Source of the DNA: Chitinophagaceae bacterium
GTDB taxonomy: Bacteria; Bacteroidota; Bacteroidia; Chitinophagales; Chitinophagaceae
DNA length: 51,427 nt
Assembly (NCBI GenBank): GCA_014380425.1
Contig: JACMJX010000073.1
Span: forward strand, 1-51,427
Direction: 5' to 3'
The notes beneath the pieces are model-generated. The model was not told the DNA's origin. It was given only the letters and a program-made list of their open reading frames with translations, and made no database searches. The position numbers and the translations under genes are program-made. Of the stretch, positions 37,156 to 46,932 are shown piece by piece (the first letter of the stretch is position 1; every line of letters begins with the position of its first letter).

Positions 37156-37264
37156 GCCCCGGGCCGGAAATAATTCTAAAAATCTTCCTGGTTTTCTGTA
37201 ACTTTTCTTTTCTACGAACGTAACACTGTAAACCAATCCGTAAAGATTAAAAAGACAACTTTCA

Positions 37265-37750
37265 ATGACCGAACGCGAGTACAATGATTGTGTTGACAAA
37301 TATGCAGACAATGTATATCGTTTCGTGTTTAAAAACCTGGGTCAGGAAGCTGATGCTAAGGACATTGTTCAAGGATCTTTTGAGAAGATGTGGGTAAACA
37401 GGGATGCAATCGAAAACTCCGGTTGCAAATCCTATCTTTTCACCGTAGCTTATCATCAGATGATCGATCATTTGCGCAAGGTAAAAAGGATTCAACTGAA
37501 AGAAACATTTGACGAAACAGCGGGGATTATAAACCAGCCGCGTAATAATTACCGGAAGGTATTAGAACTGGCGCTGGCTTCACTAAATGAAACACAGCGT
37601 TCATTAGTAATGCTGAAAGATTATGAAGGCTATTCTTACAAAGAAATAGGCCAGATAACAGCATTGAGTGAGAGCCAGGTAAGGGTATATCTTTTCAGGG
37701 CACGGATGCAGCTCAAAGCATTTTTAGGCAAAAAAGAAAATGTATTATGA
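37265..37750 (+). CDS. ECF-type RNA polymerase sigma-70 factor
   Basis: Region 2 (DIVQGSFEKMW) and a region 4 HTH (YSYKEIGQITALSESQVRVYLFRAR) are present. Confidence 0.9.
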   Translation: MTEREYNDCVDKYADNVYRFVFKNLGQEADAKDIVQGSFEKMWVNRDAIENSGCKSYLFTVAYHQMIDHLRKVKRIQLKETFDETAGIINQPRNNYRKVLELALASLNETQRSLVMLKDYEGYSYKEIGQITALSESQVRVYLFRARMQLKAFLGKKENVL

Positions 37751-38646
37751 CGATCGACAGACAGAATTATGAAGAATACTTTTTGTTGTACAGCGACGGG
37801 GAGTTGGATGCACAACAGCGGCAAGCCATCGATAAGTTTGTTATCGAAAACCCCGACCTGAAGGCAGAACTGCAATTATTTCAAGAATTGCAAGTAATGC
37901 CAGACAATCAACTCGTTTTTACCGACAAGAAAAGCCTTTACCGGAAACAGAGAAAAACAGCGACCATTTTATTAACTATCGGTTATTCAGCTGCCGCGAT
38001 TGTACTACTTCTAGTAGGCTACTTTACTGTCAATCGGTTAATATCCGACAAGCCGGAAGTAGTAAAGCCAGCCTTGGCAAAGACGTGGAAATTAAACGAG
38101 TCCAAGGCAAGAACCGGACCGACAGCATCAACGCTTCACGCCAGTTCTGTCGCATCTCCCACACCTCATTCCTCGTCTGCCGGTGATAAAAGAGTACCCC
38201 GGCTGATTGGTAAAGAAAAAGATAAAGTCGGTGCTTCAAATAAACAAGAAAACGATGATCAGGTAAAAAAATACCCTGGTCAAGTAAATAGAAGTAATGA
38301 AAGTGTGCGGCAGATACCTGTCGCGGTGGAAATCGACATTGCTTCCAGAGCGCTTACTCCAACGCCTTATGAAACATTAGCAGAGAAGCCTGAAGTTAAA
38401 ATTGCCAGGCCGGACATTGCTTCGCTTGCGCGAATTATTATTCCCGCAGTAAATAATGAACAAATGTATGCTGCAAGCGATAACGCAGTTGAAACGCCCC
38501 ATTCAGAAAATTATGTAGAGTCCAAAAAAGTTGCAATAAAGGGGTTTTTGCGCAGGGCCTCTAGCGTTATCAATAAAACCGTAGAACTTAGAAATACTTC
38601 CGAAATAAGCATCAAGCTAGGCAATGTTGAAGTAGCGCTTCACTAA
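37747..38646 (+). CDS. Putative anti-sigma factor (single-pass membrane protein)
   Basis: The start overlaps the sigma gene stop as ATGA. The N-terminal NYEEYFLLYSDGELD is followed by one TM (ILLTIGYSAAAIVLLLVGYF) and a low-complexity periplasmic part. Confidence 0.55.
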   Translation: MTIDRQNYEEYFLLYSDGELDAQQRQAIDKFVIENPDLKAELQLFQELQVMPDNQLVFTDKKSLYRKQRKTATILLTIGYSAAAIVLLLVGYFTVNRLISDKPEVVKPALAKTWKLNESKARTGPTASTLHASSVASPTPHSSSAGDKRVPRLIGKEKDKVGASNKQENDDQVKKYPGQVNRSNESVRQIPVAVEIDIASRALTPTPYETLAEKPEVKIARPDIASLARIIIPAVNNEQMYAASDNAVETPHSENYVESKKVAIKGFLRRASSVINKTVELRNTSEISIKLGNVEVALH

Positions 38647-38676
38647 ATTAACATCAAACAATAAAAATAAAGGATC

Positions 38677-39513
38677 ATGAAAAAACTATGTGTTTTACTG
38701 GCATCGGTATGCTTCATCCTGTCCGCGACAGCGCAAGATGAAACAGAAAAGCAGGATTCCAAAGATCAGAAAAATAAGTCCGATACTATCAGGATGGGTA
38801 ACGTAACCATTATCACATCTAAAGGAAAAAGAAATCATGACAGTGCCCACCATCACAATCGACACGGAAGTAAGCCAAAAAATGTAAATACCAGTTGGTT
38901 TACTTTAGACCTGGGCTTCAACAATTACACTGATAATACAAATTACAGTTCGCTTGATGCACAGCAATTCGCACCAGGAGCTACGAAAGACTGGTTTGAA
39001 TTGAGGCCGGTAAAATCTGTGAACGTAAATATATGGATCATAACGCAACGACTCAATCTGATAAGACATGCTGTCAATCTTCAATACGGGCTGGGTCTGG
39101 AACTAAATAATTATCATTATGAAGAAGAAATCCGGTTTAGAGAGAATCCGACGAGTGTTTACCTCGATCAGATCAGGTATAGAAAGAACAAACTGGCTAC
39201 TGATTATATAACCATTCCAGTGATGCTGAATTTCAACCTTACACCGAAATCATACGAACATCGATCGATCGGATTCAGCGTAGGTGTATCAGCAGGTTAT
39301 CTATATTCATCGCGGCAGAAATACATAAGCGACGAAACTGGAAAAGAAAAACTGAAAGATGATTTTGATCTAAGGCCGTTCAAGATCTCTTATGTTGGGG
39401 AACTGAAGATGGGTCCTATTAAGCTTTACGGCTCACTTGCAACTGAAAGCATCTTTGAAAAGGGTTTGGACCAGACTCCTTACACATTCGGCATAAGATT
39501 CAGCCATGATTAA
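38677..39513 (+). CDS. Outer-membrane beta-barrel protein (PorT/OMP_b-brl-like)
   Basis: Signal peptide, a His/Lys-rich linker, alternating beta-strands, and a C-terminal TFGIRFSHD. Confidence 0.6.
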   Translation: MKKLCVLLASVCFILSATAQDETEKQDSKDQKNKSDTIRMGNVTIITSKGKRNHDSAHHHNRHGSKPKNVNTSWFTLDLGFNNYTDNTNYSSLDAQQFAPGATKDWFELRPVKSVNVNIWIITQRLNLIRHAVNLQYGLGLELNNYHYEEEIRFRENPTSVYLDQIRYRKNKLATDYITIPVMLNFNLTPKSYEHRSIGFSVGVSAGYLYSSRQKYISDETGKEKLKDDFDLRPFKISYVGELKMGPIKLYGSLATESIFEKGLDQTPYTFGIRFSHD

Positions 39514-39526
39514 AATTACACATGCG

Positions 39527-39557
39527 TACCGGAAGTTGCGTCGTTCAGCTTCCGGTA
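39527..39557. terminator. Hairpin between convergent genes (terminator)
   Basis: TACCGGAAG / CTTCCGGTA (9 bp, 13-nt loop) is followed by TTATTTTA on the plus strand. Confidence 0.6.
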
Positions 39558-40262
39558 TTATTTTAACCGATCCGCCAATTCTCTCCGGTAAGTTATTCCC
39601 ACTGGCAGTTCAGTATCTTCAATAAACACGACGTGGTTACCGAATCTGGTAATCTTATCCAGTGCTATTATGTATGATTTATGTACTCGCATAAAATTAT
39701 CCGGCGGCAGCTTATGCTCCAATTCTGATGTAGTTATAGTTGCGAGGTAGGTATGCTTTACCATAAAAAGCTTTACATAGTTTCCGAGGCTTTGTGCATA
39801 TAACAATTCTTCCGGCCTTAAACGCACCATTAACCCATCCACTTTAACCATAAAAGAAGTTTCAGTCTTGGTTTCCGATGCAGGCAGTTCCGGATTAAAG
39901 GGCCTCAGAGAAATGAAACGTTCAATGCTTTTCAGGAACCTGGGAAAATGAATTGGTTTTAGCAAATAGTCTATAGCACCGTAATCATAGCTTTCCAGTG
40001 CAAATTCAGTATAGGCCGTTGTTAAGATTACTTTAGGAGGGTTTGTTAGCGTTCGAAGAAGATCAAAACCAGTCATTTCAGGCATGTTAATATCGAGAAA
40101 AATAAGATCTACTGTATTGCGATGAAGAAAGTTGATGGCCTCCAGCGCGTTATAACATTGCCCGGCCACTTCCAGCGTGTCGATGCGTTCAATGTAGTTG
40201 ACCAGCACATAATGCGCCGCCACTTCATCGTCCACAATCAGGCACCTGAATTTTTCAGCCAT
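39558..40262 (-). CDS. LytTR-family response regulator
   Basis: Receiver domain (LIVDDE...FLDINMPEMTG) plus a C-terminal LytTR domain. The 8-nt overlap (ATGGCTGA) joins it to the kinase gene. Confidence 0.9.
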   Translation of the reverse strand: MAEKFRCLIVDDEVAAHYVLVNYIERIDTLEVAGQCYNALEAINFLHRNTVDLIFLDINMPEMTGFDLLRTLTNPPKVILTTAYTEFALESYDYGAIDYLLKPIHFPRFLKSIERFISLRPFNPELPASETKTETSFMVKVDGLMVRLRPEELLYAQSLGNYVKLFMVKHTYLATITTSELEHKLPPDNFMRVHKSYIIALDKITRFGNHVVFIEDTELPVGITYRRELADRLK

Positions 40263-40992
40263 GATCGCTATTTAAGTCTAACACTAAACGAACGCTGTAT
40301 TCGCGATCCGTTATATTCCTGGTAAGTTCATATTTATCGGGATACGATAATTTAAGTCGTTGTTCTGTATTTCTCAGCCCAATTTGTGTTGATGGTACGG
40401 TATTTCTCGCTTTCGGAATGGAATTGACCACATCCATTTGAAGAATACCCTTACAAACTTTTATATTGATACGCACAAAGCAGTTCTCTATGCTATTTGC
40501 TCCATGTTTAAAAGCATTCTCAATAAAGGGCAGCAACATCATCGGTGCTATACCGCTATGTTCATCTTTAGTATCGTTCCTGAAATCATATTCGATCTTA
40601 CATCTATGCGCCACCCGCTCCTCCTCGAGGGCTATGAAACTTTCCACAAAATCCATCTCTTCCTTTAGGCATACTTGTTCCTTACATATACTTTCAAGTT
40701 GATAGCGCATAAGACGTGAAATCTGCATAATTAGATCCGGTACCCGCTGGGGTTCATGAAGACTGATACCGTATAAATTATTAAAGGTATTGAACAGGAA
40801 ATGAGGATTTAATTGAGAACGGAGCATGCTTAGCTCCATCATGTTCACGCATTCCATGCGCTTTCTGACTTCGGCCCGTTGCCGGTAAAAGCGATAAATG
40901 AAAAACGGTGATATAACTAGCAGAAAACCACCCACGACAAGAATATCCTGCAACCACCACAATTCCAATATTTTCCGTACTGTTTCAGGCAT
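40255..40992 (-). CDS. Short LytS-type histidine kinase (single TM, no obvious sensor domain)
   Basis: SQLNPHFLFNTFNNL and FIENAFKHG are present. Only one N-terminal TM (ILVVGGFLLVISPFFIY) is visible in 245 aa. Confidence 0.85.
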   Translation of the reverse strand: MPETVRKILELWWLQDILVVGGFLLVISPFFIYRFYRQRAEVRKRMECVNMMELSMLRSQLNPHFLFNTFNNLYGISLHEPQRVPDLIMQISRLMRYQLESICKEQVCLKEEMDFVESFIALEEERVAHRCKIEYDFRNDTKDEHSGIAPMMLLPFIENAFKHGANSIENCFVRINIKVCKGILQMDVVNSIPKARNTVPSTQIGLRNTEQRLKLSYPDKYELTRNITDREYSVRLVLDLNSDHG

Positions 40993-41042
40993 AACAAGTT
41001 AAAACACAAATAAACTAAAAATCAGCCGAATAGCGAAGAGAT

Positions 41043-41065
41043 AATGACGAATTGCATTCGTCATT
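41043..41065. promoter_or_regulatory. Perfect 10-bp inverted repeat in the divergent kinase/RND promoter region
   Basis: AATGACGAAT-TGC-ATTCGTCATT lies 51 nt from the kinase start and 76 nt from the adaptor start. Confidence 0.45.
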
Positions 41066-41140
41066 TCCAAACTGTATTAATCATTACCTGGAGATCCACA
41101 AAGGTCAATTATACTTTCTTTGCTGTTCTAAATCAACTTT

Positions 41141-42307
41141 ATGGCACAAAGCAGACTACTCAAAACACCACGATTCCTATCAGCAGGCCTTATTCTATCA
41201 ATTTACATTATTGCTTACAGCTGCACATCTACTTCAGCAAGCGATCAGAAATCTGCACCAGCAGCCATGCCGGTGGAAGTACTGACCGTAAAACAAGAAC
41301 CAACTACAGTGTTTAAAGAATATACAGCAGCACTGGAAGGGAAAGTAAACGTAGAGATCAGGCCGCAGGTAGATGGATACCTCGATAAAATATTCGTAGA
41401 TGAAGGCGCTTATGTAAAGGCAGGCCAACCGCTATTTCGTATAAACCCGCTACCTTATCAGGAACAATTAAATACTGCTTTGGCTGGCGTTCATTCTGCA
41501 GAAGCTGCAGTGGCAAATGCCCAATTGGAGATCGATAAATTAACACCCCTGGTGGAAAATAAAGTCATTTCAGGATTTCAGCTTAAAACAGCACAGTCCG
41601 CTTTTAACGCGGCGAAAGCAAATCTTGAACAATCACGAGCAACCGCCGCTTCTGCCCGCATAAATGTGGGATTCACATTGATCAAAGCTCCTGTAAATGG
41701 CTACATCGGCAGACTACCCAAAAAAACAGGAAGTCTTTCAACACGTAATGATCCCGAAGCACTCACCACTCTTTCAAATGTGGAAGAAGTCTACGCTTAT
41801 TTTACCATGGGTGAAACGGATTTTATCAGCTTTAAAGAACGATACACCGGCAATAGCATCGATGAAAAGATCAGGAAGCTGCCTGCTGTTTCGCTTGTTC
41901 TTGCAGACAATAGTGAGCATACCCAGAAAGGAAAGATCGATATGGTAGATGGTCAGTTCAATAAAAACACGGGAGCTATCACATTAAGGGCAGTGTTCCC
42001 CAATCCAAATGGTCTTTTGCGCTCTGGCAATACAGGAAAGGTAAGGCTAAGCCAGCAGTACGACCTGGCGCTTCTGATACCACAGGCGTCAACAATTGAA
42101 TTGCAAGACAAGATATTCGTGTACCTGGTAGGAGACAGCAACAAGGTTAATAAACAACCCGTCATCGCTTCCGGTGTATCTGATGGAAATTATATCATCA
42201 AAGAAGGACTCAAACCAGGAGACAGGATCGTATTGACAGGAATTGACAGACTACAGCCTGGTGCTGCAATTCTGCCACAGACCACTACCGACAGCCTGAG
42301 AAAATAA
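41141..42307 (+). CDS. RND efflux periplasmic adaptor (membrane fusion protein)
   Basis: Lipobox AYSC plus a biotinyl-lipoyl-like hairpin pattern (VDGYLDKIFVDEGAYVKAGQPLFRI). Confidence 0.9.
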   Translation: MAQSRLLKTPRFLSAGLILSIYIIAYSCTSTSASDQKSAPAAMPVEVLTVKQEPTTVFKEYTAALEGKVNVEIRPQVDGYLDKIFVDEGAYVKAGQPLFRINPLPYQEQLNTALAGVHSAEAAVANAQLEIDKLTPLVENKVISGFQLKTAQSAFNAAKANLEQSRATAASARINVGFTLIKAPVNGYIGRLPKKTGSLSTRNDPEALTTLSNVEEVYAYFTMGETDFISFKERYTGNSIDEKIRKLPAVSLVLADNSEHTQKGKIDMVDGQFNKNTGAITLRAVFPNPNGLLRSGNTGKVRLSQQYDLALLIPQASTIELQDKIFVYLVGDSNKVNKQPVIASGVSDGNYIIKEGLKPGDRIVLTGIDRLQPGAAILPQTTTDSLRK

Positions 42308-42343
42308 CACCATACTATTTACAACACTTAGAATTATTATTCC

Positions 42344-45300
42344 ATGTTTAGAAGATTTATTGAAAGACCAGTATTGGCTACTGTGATATCCATTCTACTG
42401 GTAATACTTGGCATACTGGGTCTTACCCGTCTGCCTTTACAAAAATTCCCTGACATAGCCCCACCGGCAGTTCAGGTTACCGCGTTCTATCCTGGTGCTA
42501 ATGCAGAAACAATATTGCGCTCTGTTGCTCCTTCCATAGAAGAAGCGATCAATGGCGTAGAGAATATGAGCTATATGAGCTCTAATGCAAGCAACGATGG
42601 ATCCCTGATAGTTACCGTGTATTTTAAGCTCGGTACAGATCCAGACCAGGCGGCCGTAAATGTACAGAACCGGGTATCCCAAGCTACATCACAGCTACCA
42701 GCAGAAGTTATCCAGGCAGGCATCACCACCGCCAAGCAACAAAACAGCCTTATTATGGTGGTAGATATGTATAGCGAAGATCCCAAAACATACGACCAAA
42801 CCTTTCTGGCCAACTATGCACAGATCAATATAGTTCCCGAATTAAAGAGGATCCAGGGAGTAGGCCAGGCAATGATCTTTGGCGGCAATAAAGATTATTC
42901 CATGCGTGTATGGCTCGATCCGGCTCATATGGCAGCATATAACATAACACCTGGCGAAGTAATCGGCGCTATCAACGACAAAAGTCTTGAAGCAGCTCCA
43001 GGTAAGTTTGGAGAGAGTAGCACCGTGCCTTTTGAGTATGTGATCAAATACAAAGGCAAACTTAACAAACCCGAAGAATATGAAAACATCGTGATCCGGT
43101 CTAATGGTAATGGATCGATGCTTCGCCTTAAAGACGTAGCAAGAATTGAATTTGGCGCGTATACCTATGGCAATTACACCAGGGTAGACGGAAAACCGGG
43201 CCTCAATATTGGCATTTACCAGCTTGCGGGTTCCAACGCTAATGAAATACAGATTGCCATTGCAAAGTTCATGGAGAAAGCCTCGAAGGATTTTCCAAAA
43301 GGCGTCAAGCAACTTACGCTCTATAATACGAAAGACACGCTCGATCAATCCATCGACCAGGTAAAACAGACGCTAATAGAAGCCTTTATCCTGGTTTTTA
43401 TAGTGGTCTTCATTTTTCTACAAGATCTTCGTTCGACCCTAATACCTGCTATTGCGGTACCTGTAGCCCTGTTGGGAACATTCTTCTTTATGTCGCTTCT
43501 GGGTTTTTCCATCAACCTGCTTACCCTGTTCGCACTTGTACTGGCGATAGGTATAGTAGTAGATGACGCAATCGTAGTAGTGGAAGCGGTACATGCCAAG
43601 ATGGAGCATCAACATCTGGCACCCAAAGAAGCTACTATTTCGGCTATGAGCGAAATTACAGGTGCCATTATTTCCATCACCCTTGTAATGTCCGCAGTGT
43701 TTCTTCCCGTTGGCTTCATGGAAGGTTCAACAGGGGTGTTTTACCGGCAATTCGCCTTTACGCTTGCCATAGCCATTGTAATATCTGCCGTTAATGCTCT
43801 TACATTAAGTCCGGCTCTTGCAGCATTGTTCCTGAAAGAAACACATAAAGCAGATGGCAACATTCTTCAGAAGAAAACCTTCAAGGAAAAGTTCTTTATA
43901 GGATTCAACTCAGGATTCGAGAAACTGACCCGTAAATACACGGGTAGCCTCCGTTTTCTAATCAAGTACAAATGGGCCAGTCTTGGCGGTCTGGCAGTCG
44001 TTCTGATAGCCACAGTCTGGATGGTGAAAACGACCCCTTCCGGTTTTATTCCTTCCGAAGACCAGGGCTTTATTGCCATTTCGCTATCCATGCCTGCCGG
44101 AGCTTCCCTTGAAAGAACGACCGAAGCTATCAAGAAAATGGAAAATGTACTGCGGCCGCTTCAACCCAGCCAAACCGTAATGGGACTATCGGGTTTCAAT
44201 ATGCTTACTCAATCTTCCAGCCCTTCTTCAGGCGTAGTATTCGTGCTGCTAAAACATTCGAAAGATAGGGGTGAGATTACCGATATCAACGATATTATGG
44301 AAGACGTGCGGCAGAAGCTGTACACGCTTAAAGAGGGTAATTTCTTCGTATTCACCTTCCCCACTGTTCCAGGTTTCAGTAATGTAGATGGTCTTGACCT
44401 GGTACTACAAGACAGATCTGGCGGCAAGCTGGATAAGTTCAGCGGTGTTACCGGTAATTTCATTGGAGAACTGATGAAACGTCCTGAAATTGCTTTTGCT
44501 TTTACCTCCTTTAAAGCCGATTATCCGCAGCTCGATATGGAGATCGACAACGAGAAGGCGGAACAATTAAGTGTAAATGTTAAAGATATTCTGCAAACCA
44601 TGCAGGCGTACTTTGGCAGCGCACAAGCTTCGGACTTTAACCGCTTCGGTAAATACTACCGGGTAATGGTGCAAGCGGGCCTTGAAAATCGCGCCGTGCC
44701 ATCATCTATGGAAGGCATATACGTAAAAAACAGGCTCGGTGAGATGGTGCCATTGAATACGCTGGTGCAGCTTAAGAAAGTGAACGGCCCAGAAACGGCT
44801 TCCCGTTATAATCTTTTCAATTCAATCGGTATAAATGCCATGACAAAACCAGGTTATAGTTCTGGAGATGGCATTCGGGCTATAGAAGAAGTGGCAGCAC
44901 TTCATCTACCTGCAGGCTATACGCATGAATTTACCGGCATGACGAAAGAAGAGATTTCCTCTAGCGGGCAATCTGTAGTAATTTTTATACTATGTCTTCT
45001 GTTCGTTTACTTCCTGCTGGCAGCCCAATACGAAAGTTATATACTTCCGTTTGCTGTTATATTATCCATACCCACTGGTATATTTGGAGTATTCCTAGCA
45101 ATTGGCCTTACAGGTATCGAAAACAACATTTATGTACAGGTCGCGCTGGTTATGCTCATAGGCTTGCTCGCAAAGAATGCCATACTTATAGTGGAATTTG
45201 CCTTGCAGCGCAGAAACGCCGGACAGTCACTCGCATCGGCGGCAATGGAAGCTGCCAGACTGCGGTTGCGCCCGATCATAATGACGTCACTGGCGTTTAT

Positions 45301-45514
45301 AGTGGGAATGATACCGATGATGAGTGATAAGGGCCCTTCTGCTCTGGGTAACCATTCCATAAGCATCGGGGCCGCAGGAGGGATGCTTAGCGGAGTCGTT
45401 CTCGGCCTCTTTATAATTCCTGTGTTATTTATAATCTTCCAGCGCTTGCAGGAAAGAGTATCTGGTAAACCATCTGTAGTTCCCGGTAAAGAACTGGCAG
45501 TACAACTTAATTAA
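42344..45514 (+). CDS. RND efflux inner-membrane transporter (AcrB/HAE1-like)
   Basis: The 1056-aa ORF begins MFRRFIERPVLATVISILL and has 12 TM segments with GIVVDDAIVVVE. Confidence 0.95.
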   Translation: MFRRFIERPVLATVISILLVILGILGLTRLPLQKFPDIAPPAVQVTAFYPGANAETILRSVAPSIEEAINGVENMSYMSSNASNDGSLIVTVYFKLGTDPDQAAVNVQNRVSQATSQLPAEVIQAGITTAKQQNSLIMVVDMYSEDPKTYDQTFLANYAQINIVPELKRIQGVGQAMIFGGNKDYSMRVWLDPAHMAAYNITPGEVIGAINDKSLEAAPGKFGESSTVPFEYVIKYKGKLNKPEEYENIVIRSNGNGSMLRLKDVARIEFGAYTYGNYTRVDGKPGLNIGIYQLAGSNANEIQIAIAKFMEKASKDFPKGVKQLTLYNTKDTLDQSIDQVKQTLIEAFILVFIVVFIFLQDLRSTLIPAIAVPVALLGTFFFMSLLGFSINLLTLFALVLAIGIVVDDAIVVVEAVHAKMEHQHLAPKEATISAMSEITGAIISITLVMSAVFLPVGFMEGSTGVFYRQFAFTLAIAIVISAVNALTLSPALAALFLKETHKADGNILQKKTFKEKFFIGFNSGFEKLTRKYTGSLRFLIKYKWASLGGLAVVLIATVWMVKTTPSGFIPSEDQGFIAISLSMPAGASLERTTEAIKKMENVLRPLQPSQTVMGLSGFNMLTQSSSPSSGVVFVLLKHSKDRGEITDINDIMEDVRQKLYTLKEGNFFVFTFPTVPGFSNVDGLDLVLQDRSGGKLDKFSGVTGNFIGELMKRPEIAFAFTSFKADYPQLDMEIDNEKAEQLSVNVKDILQTMQAYFGSAQASDFNRFGKYYRVMVQAGLENRAVPSSMEGIYVKNRLGEMVPLNTLVQLKKVNGPETASRYNLFNSIGINAMTKPGYSSGDGIRAIEEVAALHLPAGYTHEFTGMTKEEISSSGQSVVIFILCLLFVYFLLAAQYESYILPFAVILSIPTGIFGVFLAIGLTGIENNIYVQVALVMLIGLLAKNAILIVEFALQRRNAGQSLASAAMEAARLRLRPIIMTSLAFIVGMIPMMSDKGPSALGNHSISIGAAGGMLSGVVLGLFIIPVLFIIFQRLQERVSGKPSVVPGKELAVQLN

Positions 45515-45519
45515 ACATC

Positions 45520-46932
45520 ATGACACATACAATATATAGGTTCCTCTTCATCCTCCTGCTTTCGGCAGCAGGCGGATGTACTGTATCGAAAGACCTGGCC
45601 GTACAATCTGTAACTATTGCAGATACTTTCAGAAATGCAAGGTCAGCAGATACGGCTACCATTGCAGATCTTCCCTACAATAAATTCTTTTCAGATGGTG
45701 CACTTCTGCAGCTTATCGATAGAGCTATCCAGAAGAACTACGATATGCAGCTTGCCCTGCGCAATATAGAATCTGCACAACGGGTACTGGCCCAAACAAA
45801 ATGGGGTTACGCACCAGACGCCAGATTGCTGGCTACCGCAAGCACTTCTCGCCCTTCGGACAATAGCCTTAATGGGCTAAGCTTGAAGGAGTTTCTGGGA
45901 ACAAAACATATCGAAGACTTCACAACGGCTCTTGTGCTTTCATGGGAAGCGGATATCTGGGGAAAGGTAAAAAATCAGAAACGGAGTGCATTTGCTTCTT
46001 ATCTCCAAACAGACGAAGCACGAAAAATTGTTCAGACCGATATCGTTACTGGCGTGTCGAAAGGATATTACAATCTGCTGATGCTCGATGCGCAATTGCA
46101 GGTAGCCAGAAAAAATCTGGCTTTAAACGACAGTACCTTGAGAATTATACGCCTCCAGTTTGAAGCAGGTCAGCTAACATCGCTCGCCATCCAGCAAGCG
46201 GAAGCACAGCGTCTGGAAGCCGCAAAGCTGGTTCCTGAACTGGAAAAGAACATCAACATACAAGAAAACGCACTTAGCATACTGGCAGGCGACTTCCCCG
46301 CAGCGACAGAAAGGAATTTGGCGCTGGACCAGCTTTCCTTTGAGAATAACCTGGCAACTGGCGTTCCTGCTTCGCTGGTGAGTCGCCGGCCTGATGTTCG
46401 CAGCTCAGAACTGGCACTCACCATAGCAAACGCGAATCTGGGCATCACAAAAGCCGCTATGTATCCTTCACTTTCTATTACTGCAACCGGCGGTGTAAAT
46501 GCCTTCAAAGCAAGCAACTGGTTCAATATACCGGCTTCTTTGTTTGGTACGGCCGCTGCTAGTATTGCACAGCCACTGATTCAGAAAAAACAGCTTAAGA
46601 CGCAGTATGAACTGGCAAAGCTGGAAAGGGAAAAGACGATATTACGATTCAGGCAGTCGGTACTATATGCGGTTGGGGAAGTTACCGATGCACTGATTAA
46701 GATCGGAAAGCTAAAAAACCAGTATGAGATTGCCGAATTGCGGGTAACAACCCTGCAACTGGCCATACAGAACGCCAATTTGCTGTTTCAAAATGGTATG
46801 GCCAATTACCTTGAGGTGATAACAGCCCAAAGTAATGTACTGCAAAGCGAACTAGAACTAACCATCCTGAAACGCGACCGGCTTGCTGCCGGGGTGGAGC
46901 TATATACGGCCCTTGGAGGAGGATGGAAATAA
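45520..46932 (+). CDS. RND efflux outer-membrane factor lipoprotein (NodT/TolC family)
   Basis: Lipobox AAGGC, a two-repeat OEP architecture, and a C-terminal ALGGGW. Confidence 0.9.
   Translation: MTHTIYRFLFILLLSAAGGCTVSKDLAVQSVTIADTFRNARSADTATIADLPYNKFFSDGALLQLIDRAIQKNYDMQLALRNIESAQRVLAQTKWGYAPDARLLATASTSRPSDNSLNGLSLKEFLGTKHIEDFTTALVLSWEADIWGKVKNQKRSAFASYLQTDEARKIVQTDIVTGVSKGYYNLLMLDAQLQVARKNLALNDSTLRIIRLQFEAGQLTSLAIQQAEAQRLEAAKLVPELEKNINIQENALSILAGDFPAATERNLALDQLSFENNLATGVPASLVSRRPDVRSSELALTIANANLGITKAAMYPSLSITATGGVNAFKASNWFNIPASLFGTAAASIAQPLIQKKQLKTQYELAKLEREKTILRFRQSVLYAVGEVTDALIKIGKLKNQYEIAELRVTTLQLAIQNANLLFQNGMANYLEVITAQSNVLQSELELTILKRDRLAAGVELYTALGGGWK

Noticed and set aside
36961-37167. 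Tested the GC-rich island by eye against known housekeeping RNAs and riboswitches: RNase P, tmRNA, SRP/4.5S, 6S, cobalamin, SAM and yybP-ykoY
   Set aside because: There is no RNase P GAGGAAAGUCC box, no tRNA-like 3-prime end or CCA arm, and no SRP GGAA-capped helix 8 despite a UUUACCAG match. The cobalamin B12 box is absent. GGAGUAGCG (37148-37156) resembles the yybP-ykoY loop, but the partner half (GCAAGAC region) is missing. A cmsearch is still needed.
36971-37201. 76-aa GTG-initiated basic ORF inside the long intergenic gap
   Set aside because: It has no ATG, an Arg/Lys/Pro-rich composition, and it coincides with the inverted-repeat and phased-repeat DNA. It is more likely non-coding.
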